Of a stretch of DNA of 17,676 nucleotides, positions 6,872-14,404 are shown piece after piece. The translations under genes were made by a program, and so were the position numbers. This DNA comes from Armatimonadota bacterium. Its GTDB lineage: Bacteria; Armatimonadota; Hebobacteria; CAIYQO01. Position 1 is the stretch's first letter. Each line of letters opens with the position of its first letter. The stretch lies in the NCBI GenBank assembly GCA_038248345.1, contig JBBRXO010000057.1, forward strand, positions 1 to 17,676, given 5' to 3'. The notes below the pieces were generated by a model that saw only the letters and a program-made list of their open reading frames with translations, searched no databases and was not told where the DNA came from.

Positions 6872-8254
6872 ATGCTACCATCATTCACCGTGTTGAAAAA
6901 CATCCTCGCTACCACTATCGCCAGCAAGGCGGAACAGGGGCATATCGTCGACGGGCTGACCGAGGAGCTGGCCGGCTTGCCGGAGAGCTACGACGCTTAT
7001 CATGCCTTCGCGCTGAAGGTCGCCGATTTGCCGGTGCGCGCGGACTGGCCCTATGTGGAGCCGAACTCGCTGGAGGAGATTCTGGCGGAGTGTGACCCGA
7101 CGCGCCCCACTGGAGCGGTGGGAGCCATTGACCTGGCGGACAGCGCACGGCGCGTGGAGGCGGGTTTCCTCGGTTCGGTATGCGGGTGTGTGCTGGGTAA
7201 GCCGGTGGAAGTGGATCCGACGCTGGCGGAGATGCGCGCGGCGCTGGAGGCCACCGGTGACTGGCCGCTGAATGACTACATCAGCGAGGCCACGCTGGCG
7301 AAGCTGGGGCGGCGGCATGGCAGTTGGCCGGAGACTACCCGCGGCAATATCAGCTACGTTGCCCCCGATGACGATGTGAACTACACCGTGCTTGGGATGA
7401 TTATGCTGGAAGAAAATGGGGTTAAGCTGCGCAAGGAGAACATACGCGACGCCTGGCTCTATTATCTGCCGGTCTCCACCACCTTCGGGCCAGAGCGCAC
7501 TACGCTGATTAAGGCGGCGATGAGCACGCAGGCGAAGCTGAATCCGGCGGAATTTGACGAGTGGACGCGCGTATTCAATCCGCTCGAGGAGTATTGTGGG
7601 GCGGTGATCCGCGCCGACTCCTACGGCTACGCCTGCCCGGGGCAGCCCTCGCTGGCGGCGGAGTTGGCCTACCGCGATGCCTCATTCACTCATCGGCGCA
7701 CAGGGATCTACGGCACCATGTTCGTGGCCGCCGCCATCGCCTGCGCCCAAGTGATGAGCGACCGGCTGGCGATATTCGCCACCGCGCTCCAGTTCGTGCC
7801 ACAGCGCAGCCGTTTCTACCAGATCGTCAGCGACTCGCTCAACGAGATCAGCCAGGCCAGCGACTGGCTCGACGGGTACAACAGGATTCACCGCAAATAT
7901 AAAGAGTACACCCACTGCCGCATTTACCAGGAGATCGGCACCCTCATCAACACGCTGCGCTTCGCCGAGAATGTGGGCCACGGCATCTGCCTGCAGGTGA
8001 TGCAGGGCAACGATACCGACAGCTTCGGCGCCACCGCCGGTTCATTGCTTGGCTGCTACTTCGGCCCCGGCCACCTGGAGGAGCGCTGGGTCGCCCCCTT
8101 CCACGACGATCTGCGCACCGCCCTCGCCTGCTTCTTCGACCGCTCGCTGACGGGCGTCGCCCAGCGCATGGGCAAACTCCCCGCCCATATGGCAGCCGCC
8201 AGCGCAGCAGCGGTGAAAGAAGAGCACGAAAGGGATGCGGGAACCGGGCTTTAG
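6872..8254 (+). CDS. ADP-ribosylglycohydrolase family protein (second paralogue, with N-terminal extension)
   Basis: GSVCGCVLGKPVE, PDDDVNYT, CGAVIRAD, GIYGTMFVAA and GNDTDSFGATAGS motifs; AAGGAG RBS. Confidence 0.88.
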   Translation: MLPSFTVLKNILATTIASKAEQGHIVDGLTEELAGLPESYDAYHAFALKVADLPVRADWPYVEPNSLEEILAECDPTRPTGAVGAIDLADSARRVEAGFLGSVCGCVLGKPVEVDPTLAEMRAALEATGDWPLNDYISEATLAKLGRRHGSWPETTRGNISYVAPDDDVNYTVLGMIMLEENGVKLRKENIRDAWLYYLPVSTTFGPERTTLIKAAMSTQAKLNPAEFDEWTRVFNPLEEYCGAVIRADSYGYACPGQPSLAAELAYRDASFTHRRTGIYGTMFVAAAIACAQVMSDRLAIFATALQFVPQRSRFYQIVSDSLNEISQASDWLDGYNRIHRKYKEYTHCRIYQEIGTLINTLRFAENVGHGICLQVMQGNDTDSFGATAGSLLGCYFGPGHLEERWVAPFHDDLRTALACFFDRSLTGVAQRMGKLPAHMAAASAAAVKEEHERDAGTGL

Positions 8255-8340
8255 TCTGTTATTCAGCCGACAAAAGAACAATTTATCAGTATCGTTGTCT
8301 AACACTTAAACATGGAGTATTTGGGGCACAAACGTTGATC

Positions 8341-8418
8341 TACCTACCCCCCCGGCACCCTTCCCCGTCGCAGATCATGAGCTTGCCGAATGGCAGGGAA
8401 GGGACTGGTGGTTAGGTA
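8341..8418. repeat. Imperfect long hairpin with C-rich and G-rich arms, REP-like
   Basis: TACCTACCCCCCCGGCACCCTTCCC...GGGAAGGGACTGGTGGTTAGGTA: CCCTTCCC/GGGAAGGG and TACCTA/TAGGTA pair. Confidence 0.6.
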
Positions 8419-8468
8419 AAACCAATGGGGCAAAGTGCCCGAAAAATCTATTTTCAATGGAGATTAAC

Positions 8469-10799
8469 ATGATTACCAGACATCTTGAAACAAAGACTTT
8501 GTTACGGGCGACGGTGCAGCACGCACAAGTAGTGGATGTGACGAATACACAACTTCTGCTATCCACTCGGGCGACGTTAGCGTCAAAACAGGCGATCTCA
8601 TCGGCAAATAGCGAGATGCTGACGGCGCGCCACCGTTCCGGAATCGGCGACGAATTGGCCGGGCGGATACTGCTGGAAGCCGTGGCCGATGATGTGTTGC
8701 GTGTGCGTTATGTTGAGAGCGATGCCGTGCTGGCTCATGATACGCCGATGGTCGTCGGCACCTTCGCCGGGCCGGCTACTTGTGTAATTACCGCCCATGA
8801 TGCGCACGGGGCCGTGGTGACGACGACGGACGCCCCCGCCTATTGGGAGCTGCGTACTACCAAAATGCGCGTCGTAATTCACCTCTCTCCTTATCGCTTG
8901 GAGCTATTTGATGCCCAGGGAAAACGCTGTTGCGGTGTCGGGGGAGCGGAGAAGGATTATTTCTGTAATTGGGATGCGTATAACACCGGGCTTTGTCATT
9001 CGTCGGATGGTACCCGGCAGGTGGCGGTGGAGTCGTTTGACTTAACATCCCAGGAAGCGATCTACGGGTTCGGGGAAGATTTCCTGGACTTGAACAAGCG
9101 CGGCCACACAATCGACCTGGATATTATCGATGCACTGGGCGTCACTACCACACGCTCATACAAAAGCATCCCTTTTTTTGTCAGCGCCAACGGATACGGT
9201 GTCTTCTTTAACCATTCCAGCCGCATGACAGCCTGGGTGGGCAGCATGAGCGCCGCCGATATTCAGATCGCCGCTGAAGATGACTTCCTTGATTACTATA
9301 TTTTCGTCGGAGATATCAAGCAGGTGCTCAATCGTTATACCGACCTCACCGGGAAAGGGCAATTGCCGCCACAATGGACCTTCGGCTATTGGCAGAGCAA
9401 AATCAGCTACTCCTCGGCGGAGGAGACAGTGGAGATTATCCGCCAAATGCGCAAGCACGAAATCCCCTGTGATGTCATCCACCTGGACACCAACTGGTTC
9501 AAAGCTGACTGGTACTGCGACTTGCAATTCGATCCAATTCGTTTCCCGGATCCGCCGGGATATCTGGCCGAACTGGCCTCACTGGGGGTAAAAGTTTCAC
9601 TCTGGCAGTTGCCGTACATCCCGGAAGGATCACAGCTATTCGCCGATCTGGCTGCGGTTGAGGGATTGGTAAAAACGTCCACTGGTGATATCTATAATGT
9701 CGGCATCTGTTTCACCCCCGGATTCTCCGGGGTGGTTGGCGTCGTCGATTACACTAATCCGGCGGCGGTGCGGGTGCATCAGGGCTATTTTCGGCAGTTA
9801 TTCCGTATGGGAGCAAAGGTGATCAAAACGGATTTTGGCGAATCCGCGCCGCTGGATGGCGTCTATTTTGACGGCACCCCCGGCCACCAGATGCACAACC
9901 TGTACCCTCTTCTGTACAATCAAGCGATTGCCGCTGTGACGGAGGAAGAAACCGGCGCGGCCGTAGTCTGGGCACGTTCTGCCTGGGCGGGCAGCCAACG
10001 TTTCCCCTTGCATTGGGGAGGCGACAACAGCCCCAACAACTGGAATATCGCCCCGCAGATCGCAGGTGGGCTCTCCTTCGGTATGTCTGGTTTTCAATTC
10101 TGGAGCCAGGATATCGGCGGTTTCCTGGGGGCGACGAATGACGAATTGCTCATCTGCTGGTTTAAGGCGAGTATGTTCCTGTCGCATAGCCGCATTCATG
10201 GCGAAGGTGATCGCGAACTTTACAAATTCGCCCCGGAAACCGTACGCATCTGCCGCGACTTCCTGAACCTGCGCTATCGTCTGATGCCCTACATCTACGG
10301 CATGGCCCGCCGCTGCGTGGAATCATCGCTGCCCATGGCCCGTCCATTAGTCGTGGAATACCAACAAGATCTGAACACCTGGAGCATCGCTGACGAATAC
10401 CTCTTCGGCGACAGCATACTCGTCGCCCCCATCTTTGATGGTACTAGCACGCGACGCCTCTATCTGCCGGAAGGCACCTGGACAGACTGGTGGACGAGCG
10501 AGGCGATAACCGGAGGGCGGTGGATCACCGCAACAACCACGCTGGAAACCACCCCGCTATACGTGCGCGAAGGTGCGATTATTCCGCTGGGGCCGGTACA
10601 GCAGTACATCGGCGAACGTGTCACCACTGAGATTGAACTCGTCATCGCCCCCTTCACTGGTGATGACTGCACCCAGTTCACCATCCCCATTAATGACACC
10701 TGGATACCCTGCACCTACAGCGCCGTGAACGGAAAACACGAGGTAACGCACGGAGAGACACCGGTAGCCATAACGGTTCGTTATCTTAAGCCTTGTTGA
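8469..10799 (+). CDS. Glycoside hydrolase family 31, alpha-xylosidase YicI-like
   Basis: IYGFGE, YKSIPFF, YTDLTG, DVIHLD, FPDP, IKTDFGE (nucleophile Asp), WARSAWAGSQR, HWGGD (acid/base Asp), WSQDIGGF, HSRIHG, YLFGDSILVAP. Start 8469 has GGAG upstream; 8457 is the alternative. Confidence 0.92.
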   Translation: MITRHLETKTLLRATVQHAQVVDVTNTQLLLSTRATLASKQAISSANSEMLTARHRSGIGDELAGRILLEAVADDVLRVRYVESDAVLAHDTPMVVGTFAGPATCVITAHDAHGAVVTTTDAPAYWELRTTKMRVVIHLSPYRLELFDAQGKRCCGVGGAEKDYFCNWDAYNTGLCHSSDGTRQVAVESFDLTSQEAIYGFGEDFLDLNKRGHTIDLDIIDALGVTTTRSYKSIPFFVSANGYGVFFNHSSRMTAWVGSMSAADIQIAAEDDFLDYYIFVGDIKQVLNRYTDLTGKGQLPPQWTFGYWQSKISYSSAEETVEIIRQMRKHEIPCDVIHLDTNWFKADWYCDLQFDPIRFPDPPGYLAELASLGVKVSLWQLPYIPEGSQLFADLAAVEGLVKTSTGDIYNVGICFTPGFSGVVGVVDYTNPAAVRVHQGYFRQLFRMGAKVIKTDFGESAPLDGVYFDGTPGHQMHNLYPLLYNQAIAAVTEEETGAAVVWARSAWAGSQRFPLHWGGDNSPNNWNIAPQIAGGLSFGMSGFQFWSQDIGGFLGATNDELLICWFKASMFLSHSRIHGEGDRELYKFAPETVRICRDFLNLRYRLMPYIYGMARRCVESSLPMARPLVVEYQQDLNTWSIADEYLFGDSILVAPIFDGTSTRRLYLPEGTWTDWWTSEAITGGRWITATTTLETTPLYVREGAIIPLGPVQQYIGERVTTEIELVIAPFTGDDCTQFTIPINDTWIPCTYSAVNGKHEVTHGETPVAITVRYLKPC

Positions 10800-10836
10800 G
10801 GTAATATGTTGGGAATGCTCCTGGGAACGCCCCTTT

Positions 10837-10964
10837 GTCTGAACCCAGATTTTCATGATTATAAGGATTCCCCTGATAATTGAGCCGTGGGGTCGATGAG
10901 ATATTCCCCCTGAGCAGGAAATTATCAAAAAAATCCTTATAATCCCATAAATCCGGGTTCAGAC
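10837..10964. repeat. 128-nt imperfect inverted repeat between convergent genes
   Basis: GTCTGAACCC 10837-10846 / GGGTTCAGAC 10955-10964; GATTATAAGGATT 10857-10869 / AATCCTTATAATC 10932-10944; TGATAATT 10874-10881 / AATTATCA 10920-10927. Confidence 0.85.
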
Positions 10965-11044
10965 GACGGCGCCGGTGTAATAGCTATCACCTCAATAACC
11001 ACCCCGAAGCACGCCAAGTCGTAACATCCTTCACCATCCCCCAA

Positions 11045-13333
11045 TTATTCTCCTATAGGCTGCAGCAGTCCGTCGAGGGTTAGCGTTTCACCGGGGGTGG
11101 TTTGGTAGGTCTGCACGTGCGCGCCGGTGCGTAGGCGGCAGGGGCCGCCCAGGAGCGAATGGAGGGTGAGACTGGTGAGGTCGCCGTCTGCCCAGTGGAA
11201 TTCCAGGATAAAACCGCCGCGGGCGCAGAGGCCACGGGCCATCCCCTGCGGCCAAGCGTCGGGCAAGGCGGGGAGCAGGTGCAGCTCGCCCTGATGACTC
11301 TGCAGCAGCATCTCGACGATGCCCGCGGTACCGCCGAAGTTGCCGTCGATCTGGAAAGGTGGGTGATCGTCAAAGAGATTGGGCAGCGTGGATTTCGCCA
11401 GCAAGGCCTGCAGATTTGCGTAGGCGCGGGTACTGTCCTGCAAGCGTGCCCAGAAATTAATAATCCACGCCCGGCTCCACCCGGTATGCCCACCGCCGTG
11501 CGCCAGGCGGCGCTCCAGGGTGGTGCGCGCGGCGGTGGCCAACTCCGGTGTGGTGAGCGGCGAGATCATATCTCCTGGATACAAGGCGAACAGGTGCGAG
11601 ATATGCCGGTGTCCGACCTCAATCTCCGCAAAATCCTCCGGCCATTCCATCAGCTGCCCGTGCTGGCCGATGCTCGGTTGCGGCAGGCGCAGGCGTGCCG
11701 TCTCGATCTGCTGGCGGAACTCGGTATCCACGTCCAATGTCTCGCCCGCCTGCAGGCAGGCGCGAAAGAGCATCTCCAGAATCTGGCAATCCATGCTGGC
11801 GCCAGCGCAGAGTGTCCCCTGTTCTCCATTGGGCAGCAGGTAGGTGTTCTCCGGCGAGCTGGTGGGGCTGGTCACCAGGCGACCCTTTGCGTCCTCGACG
11901 AGGAAGTCGAGGAAGAACAGGCTGGCCTCTTTCAACGTGTCATAGCTACGCGCCAGGAACGCACGGTCACCGGTGAAGGCAAAATGCTCCCATAAATGCA
12001 GGCTGAGCCAGGCGCCGCCCATCGGCCAGAAGGAAGAGGAGAGATTCCGATCCGTCGGGGTACAATCATGCCAGAGGTCGGTATTGTGGTGACAAACAAA
12101 TCCCCGGCAGTTATACATTTCGCGGGCGACCTTGCGCCCATTGACGCGGATTCCTTCGACCAGATCAAATAGCGGGCCGGTCATCTCGGGCAGATTGCAA
12201 CTTTCCGCGGGCCAGTAATTCATCTGAGTATTGATATTGATGGTATATTTGCTGCCCCAGGAGGGGGTGAAGCTATCGTTCCAGATGCCTTGCAGGTTGG
12301 CCGCCAGGCTGCCCGGCCGGCTGCAGGCTATGAGCAAGTAGCGCCCGTAATGGAAGTAGAGGGCATCCAGTCCTGCGTCAACGGCGCCTTCGCGTACCCG
12401 TGCTAGCCGTTCATCAGTGGGTAATCCGCCGCGATCATCGGCGTGCGGGGCGAGGGAAAGCTCCACCCGGTTGAAGTACGGCTGGTACTCCTCCAGATGA
12501 CGGGCGCGCAGAGCCGCCCACCCCTGCGCAGCGGCATGTTGTACCCGGCTGCGGCTGATGCTGCCGGGGTCAGCCTCGCGATAGCTGGTAGCAGCGGCCA
12601 GCACCAGCGTGACGGCATCAGCACCTTCGATGATGAGCGTCTCCCCCAAGGAGCGTAGCGTGCCGCCTTCCACCGTAGCGCGCAGGGTGCAGGCAAAGCG
12701 CACACCACCTTCGCCGGAGGCTGCGCCGGACATGGTCAGCGCACAGCCATCTTCCGGGCACAGTGTATCGGAATAGCGGCTTGAGTAGCTATCCATCGGG
12801 CCGCGTTGTATTCGAGCATGAAGCGAGAGAGCTCCGGGCTGGTCGGCAGTGATGCGCATGGCAAAGACCTGGTCAGGATTACTGGTCAGGTGTTCGCGGG
12901 TGTAGGTTGTCGCGCCCACGCGGTAGCGCACGCGCACGACGGCGTCATTTAAGTCGAGTTCGCGCTCATACTCCGTCGTCGCCTCGTCATTATGGGCGAA
13001 GGAGAGCAGCAGATCGCCCAGCGGCTCGTAGTGACGCATGCTATCCGGGATGCCCGAGAGCGCGTCAAGTGTCAGCGTGTGCGCTTCCGCCAGCCGACCA
13101 GCAAAGAGCAGGCGGCGGATTTCCGGCAGTGTCGCCAGCGCATCGGGATTAATCCGATCACGCGGCCCACCAGCCCACACGGAATCCTCGTTGAGCTGGA
13201 TGCGCTCCTCCGCCACATTGCCGAAGACCATCGCCCCCAGCCGCCCGGCGCCCAGTGGTAACGCTCGCGTCCACTCCGTGCCCGCAGGCTCGCGATACCA
13301 TAAATGCCCGGACTGATCTGCTGAATTTATCAT
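11045..13333 (-). CDS. Glycoside hydrolase family 95 (alpha-1,2-L-fucosidase-like), no signal peptide
   Basis: ALPLGAGRLGAMVFG, IQLNEDSVW, YGRYLLI, ANLQGIWN, WGSKYTININTQMNYW, SSPEN, HRHISHL, TGWSRAW, HPPFQIDGNFGG, LLPALP. Confidence 0.95.
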   Translation of the reverse strand: MINSADQSGHLWYREPAGTEWTRALPLGAGRLGAMVFGNVAEERIQLNEDSVWAGGPRDRINPDALATLPEIRRLLFAGRLAEAHTLTLDALSGIPDSMRHYEPLGDLLLSFAHNDEATTEYERELDLNDAVVRVRYRVGATTYTREHLTSNPDQVFAMRITADQPGALSLHARIQRGPMDSYSSRYSDTLCPEDGCALTMSGAASGEGGVRFACTLRATVEGGTLRSLGETLIIEGADAVTLVLAAATSYREADPGSISRSRVQHAAAQGWAALRARHLEEYQPYFNRVELSLAPHADDRGGLPTDERLARVREGAVDAGLDALYFHYGRYLLIACSRPGSLAANLQGIWNDSFTPSWGSKYTININTQMNYWPAESCNLPEMTGPLFDLVEGIRVNGRKVAREMYNCRGFVCHHNTDLWHDCTPTDRNLSSSFWPMGGAWLSLHLWEHFAFTGDRAFLARSYDTLKEASLFFLDFLVEDAKGRLVTSPTSSPENTYLLPNGEQGTLCAGASMDCQILEMLFRACLQAGETLDVDTEFRQQIETARLRLPQPSIGQHGQLMEWPEDFAEIEVGHRHISHLFALYPGDMISPLTTPELATAARTTLERRLAHGGGHTGWSRAWIINFWARLQDSTRAYANLQALLAKSTLPNLFDDHPPFQIDGNFGGTAGIVEMLLQSHQGELHLLPALPDAWPQGMARGLCARGGFILEFHWADGDLTSLTLHSLLGGPCRLRTGAHVQTYQTTPGETLTLDGLLQPIGE

Positions 13334-13346
13334 TATGTCCTATCCT

Positions 13347-13862
13347 TTATTGCGCCACACCGGTGGCCGCCACGATTTCGCCGTAGAAAAGCTGGTGGTA
13401 GTCCTGCTGGGGGTAGTTTTTTTCCAGAGTGGGGTCGATGAACAGTTCGGGGTTCACGACGTCACGGTAGATAATGCGACACTCCAGGGTAAGGATGCTT
13501 TGCTCGATGGAGGGCGTGTGCACACTGCCGGAAGCGATGGGAGTGAGGCCAGTGGCGGCGAATTTATCGCCATCGCGCCCGGAGGTACTGCCACAAATGC
13601 GCAACGCCTCGCCCCATTCCTCGCCAAACCAGTTCACCGTGAAGTCGGGCAGGCGATTTATGAATGTCCAGGTATGGCGCACCGGGCGCACCATCACCAT
13701 CATGATAGGCCGCCCCCACATGATTCCAAAGGTGCCCCAACTGATAGTCATCGGGTTGGCATCAGCAGGCCCTGCGCCGCACACCAGCAACGTCCCGAGT
13801 GGGTCGAAGCTGGTAAATGGCTGCAACACCAACTCGGCGATAGGAATAATCTGTTTCTCCAT
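13347..13862 (-). CDS. Flavin reductase-like FMN-binding split-barrel protein (flavoredoxin-like), 171 aa
   Basis: NPMTISWG, VMVRPVRHT, FTVN, CGSTSGRDGDKF, LECR and DYHQLFYGEI motifs; start reassigned to ATG 13862 (MEKQ) after AAGGGG. Confidence 0.88.
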   Translation of the reverse strand: MEKQIIPIAELVLQPFTSFDPLGTLLVCGAGPADANPMTISWGTFGIMWGRPIMMVMVRPVRHTWTFINRLPDFTVNWFGEEWGEALRICGSTSGRDGDKFAATGLTPIASGSVHTPSIEQSILTLECRIIYRDVVNPELFIDPTLEKNYPQQDYHQLFYGEIVAATGVAQ

Positions 13863-13911
13863 ATTCGTTTCCCCTTGCGCAAACAAACTAGCAGGATAAA
13901 AACCCCAAAAT

Positions 13912-13947
13912 AAAACTTCGCCAGTATACCAGTAGATTCCTTGTTTG
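13912..13947. repeat. 36-bp direct repeat, copy 1
   Basis: AAAACTTCGCCAGTATACCAGTAGATTCCTTGTTTG; 35/36 identical to 17411-17446. Confidence 0.95.
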
Positions 13948-13951
13948 TGAA
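13923..13951 (-). promoter_or_regulatory. sigma70-type promoter for the flavin reductase-GH95 unit
   Basis: Minus strand TTCACA-17 nt-TATACT with TGG before the -10, about 60 nt upstream of the start codon. Confidence 0.7.
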
Positions 13952-13956
13952 AGAGA

Positions 13957-13993
13957 CTATCGTAGCATGGGTGTCCCGCCCATGCTACGATAG
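13957..13993. repeat. REP family A palindrome
   Basis: CTATCGTAGCATGGG-TGTCCCG-CCCATGCTACGATAG: 15-bp perfect stem with a GTAG...CTAC core. Confidence 0.85.
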
Positions 13994-14043
13994 CGCGTGG
14001 TGAAATCATTTTGCTTCCGGATTTGGAATTTGAAACTTAATAC

Positions 14044-14187
14044 CTACTTCACCTCCGGTGCCCAGGTTATATCTTCAACTGGAAATTTCGTTTCCAATAT
14101 AACATTGGTATCCATCTTTGTAGTATCTGCCCAATCCCACTTATATGAACGCTCATTCAAGGAGCCAAGCGTTAATACAATCTGGGA
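14044..14187 (-). pseudogene. Possible 3' remnant of a decayed AT-rich gene
   Basis: Open frame SQIVLTLGSLNERSYKWDWADTTKMDTNVILETKFPVEDITWAPEVK* preceded by an in-frame stop and with no convincing start; looks protein-like, but no family recognised. Confidence 0.25.
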
Positions 14188-14304
14188 TTATTCACACTAT
14201 TACCACTACTTGCGCTCATTGTTATAGGCACAGTTCACTAATTACCAAACATACCTAGCAAATAAGTAGATAATCTGAATGGCTCGAAAGTGAAACACAA
14301 GTAG

Positions 14305-14322
14305 TTGTGATTTTTTTCACAA
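14305..14322. promoter_or_regulatory. Rex operator 1
   Basis: TTGTGATTTTTTTCACAA, one mismatch from TTGTGAA-N4-TTCACAA, ending 5 nt before the adhE -35. Confidence 0.8.
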
Positions 14323-14327
14323 ATCTA

Positions 14328-14356
14328 TTGACAGGCGAATCTTATGCGTGTACATT
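14328..14356 (+). promoter_or_regulatory. sigma70 promoter of adhE
   Basis: TTGACA (14328-14333), 17-nt spacer, TACATT (14351-14356). Confidence 0.8.
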
Positions 14357-14372
14357 GTGAATAGTTTCACAA
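14355..14372. promoter_or_regulatory. Rex operator 2
   Basis: TTGTGAATAGTTTCACAA, exact Rex consensus; overlaps the -10 and predicted start site; adhE is an established Rex target. Confidence 0.88.
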
Positions 14373-14404
14373 TGTCGAGTTGCGGAACGAAGGAGGAACA
14401 GGAA

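Noticed and set aside
13945..13962. Third Rex site at TTGTGAAA
   Set aside because: Only a half site; the right half does not match, and it coincides with the minus-strand -35.
13863..14009. 49-residue N-terminal extension of the flavin reductase ORF
   Set aside because: It runs through a REP and the promoter; ATG 13862 has the RBS.
14348..14404. Upstream start for adhE
   Set aside because: It lies in the promoter and Rex box; AAGGAGG supports ATG 14405.
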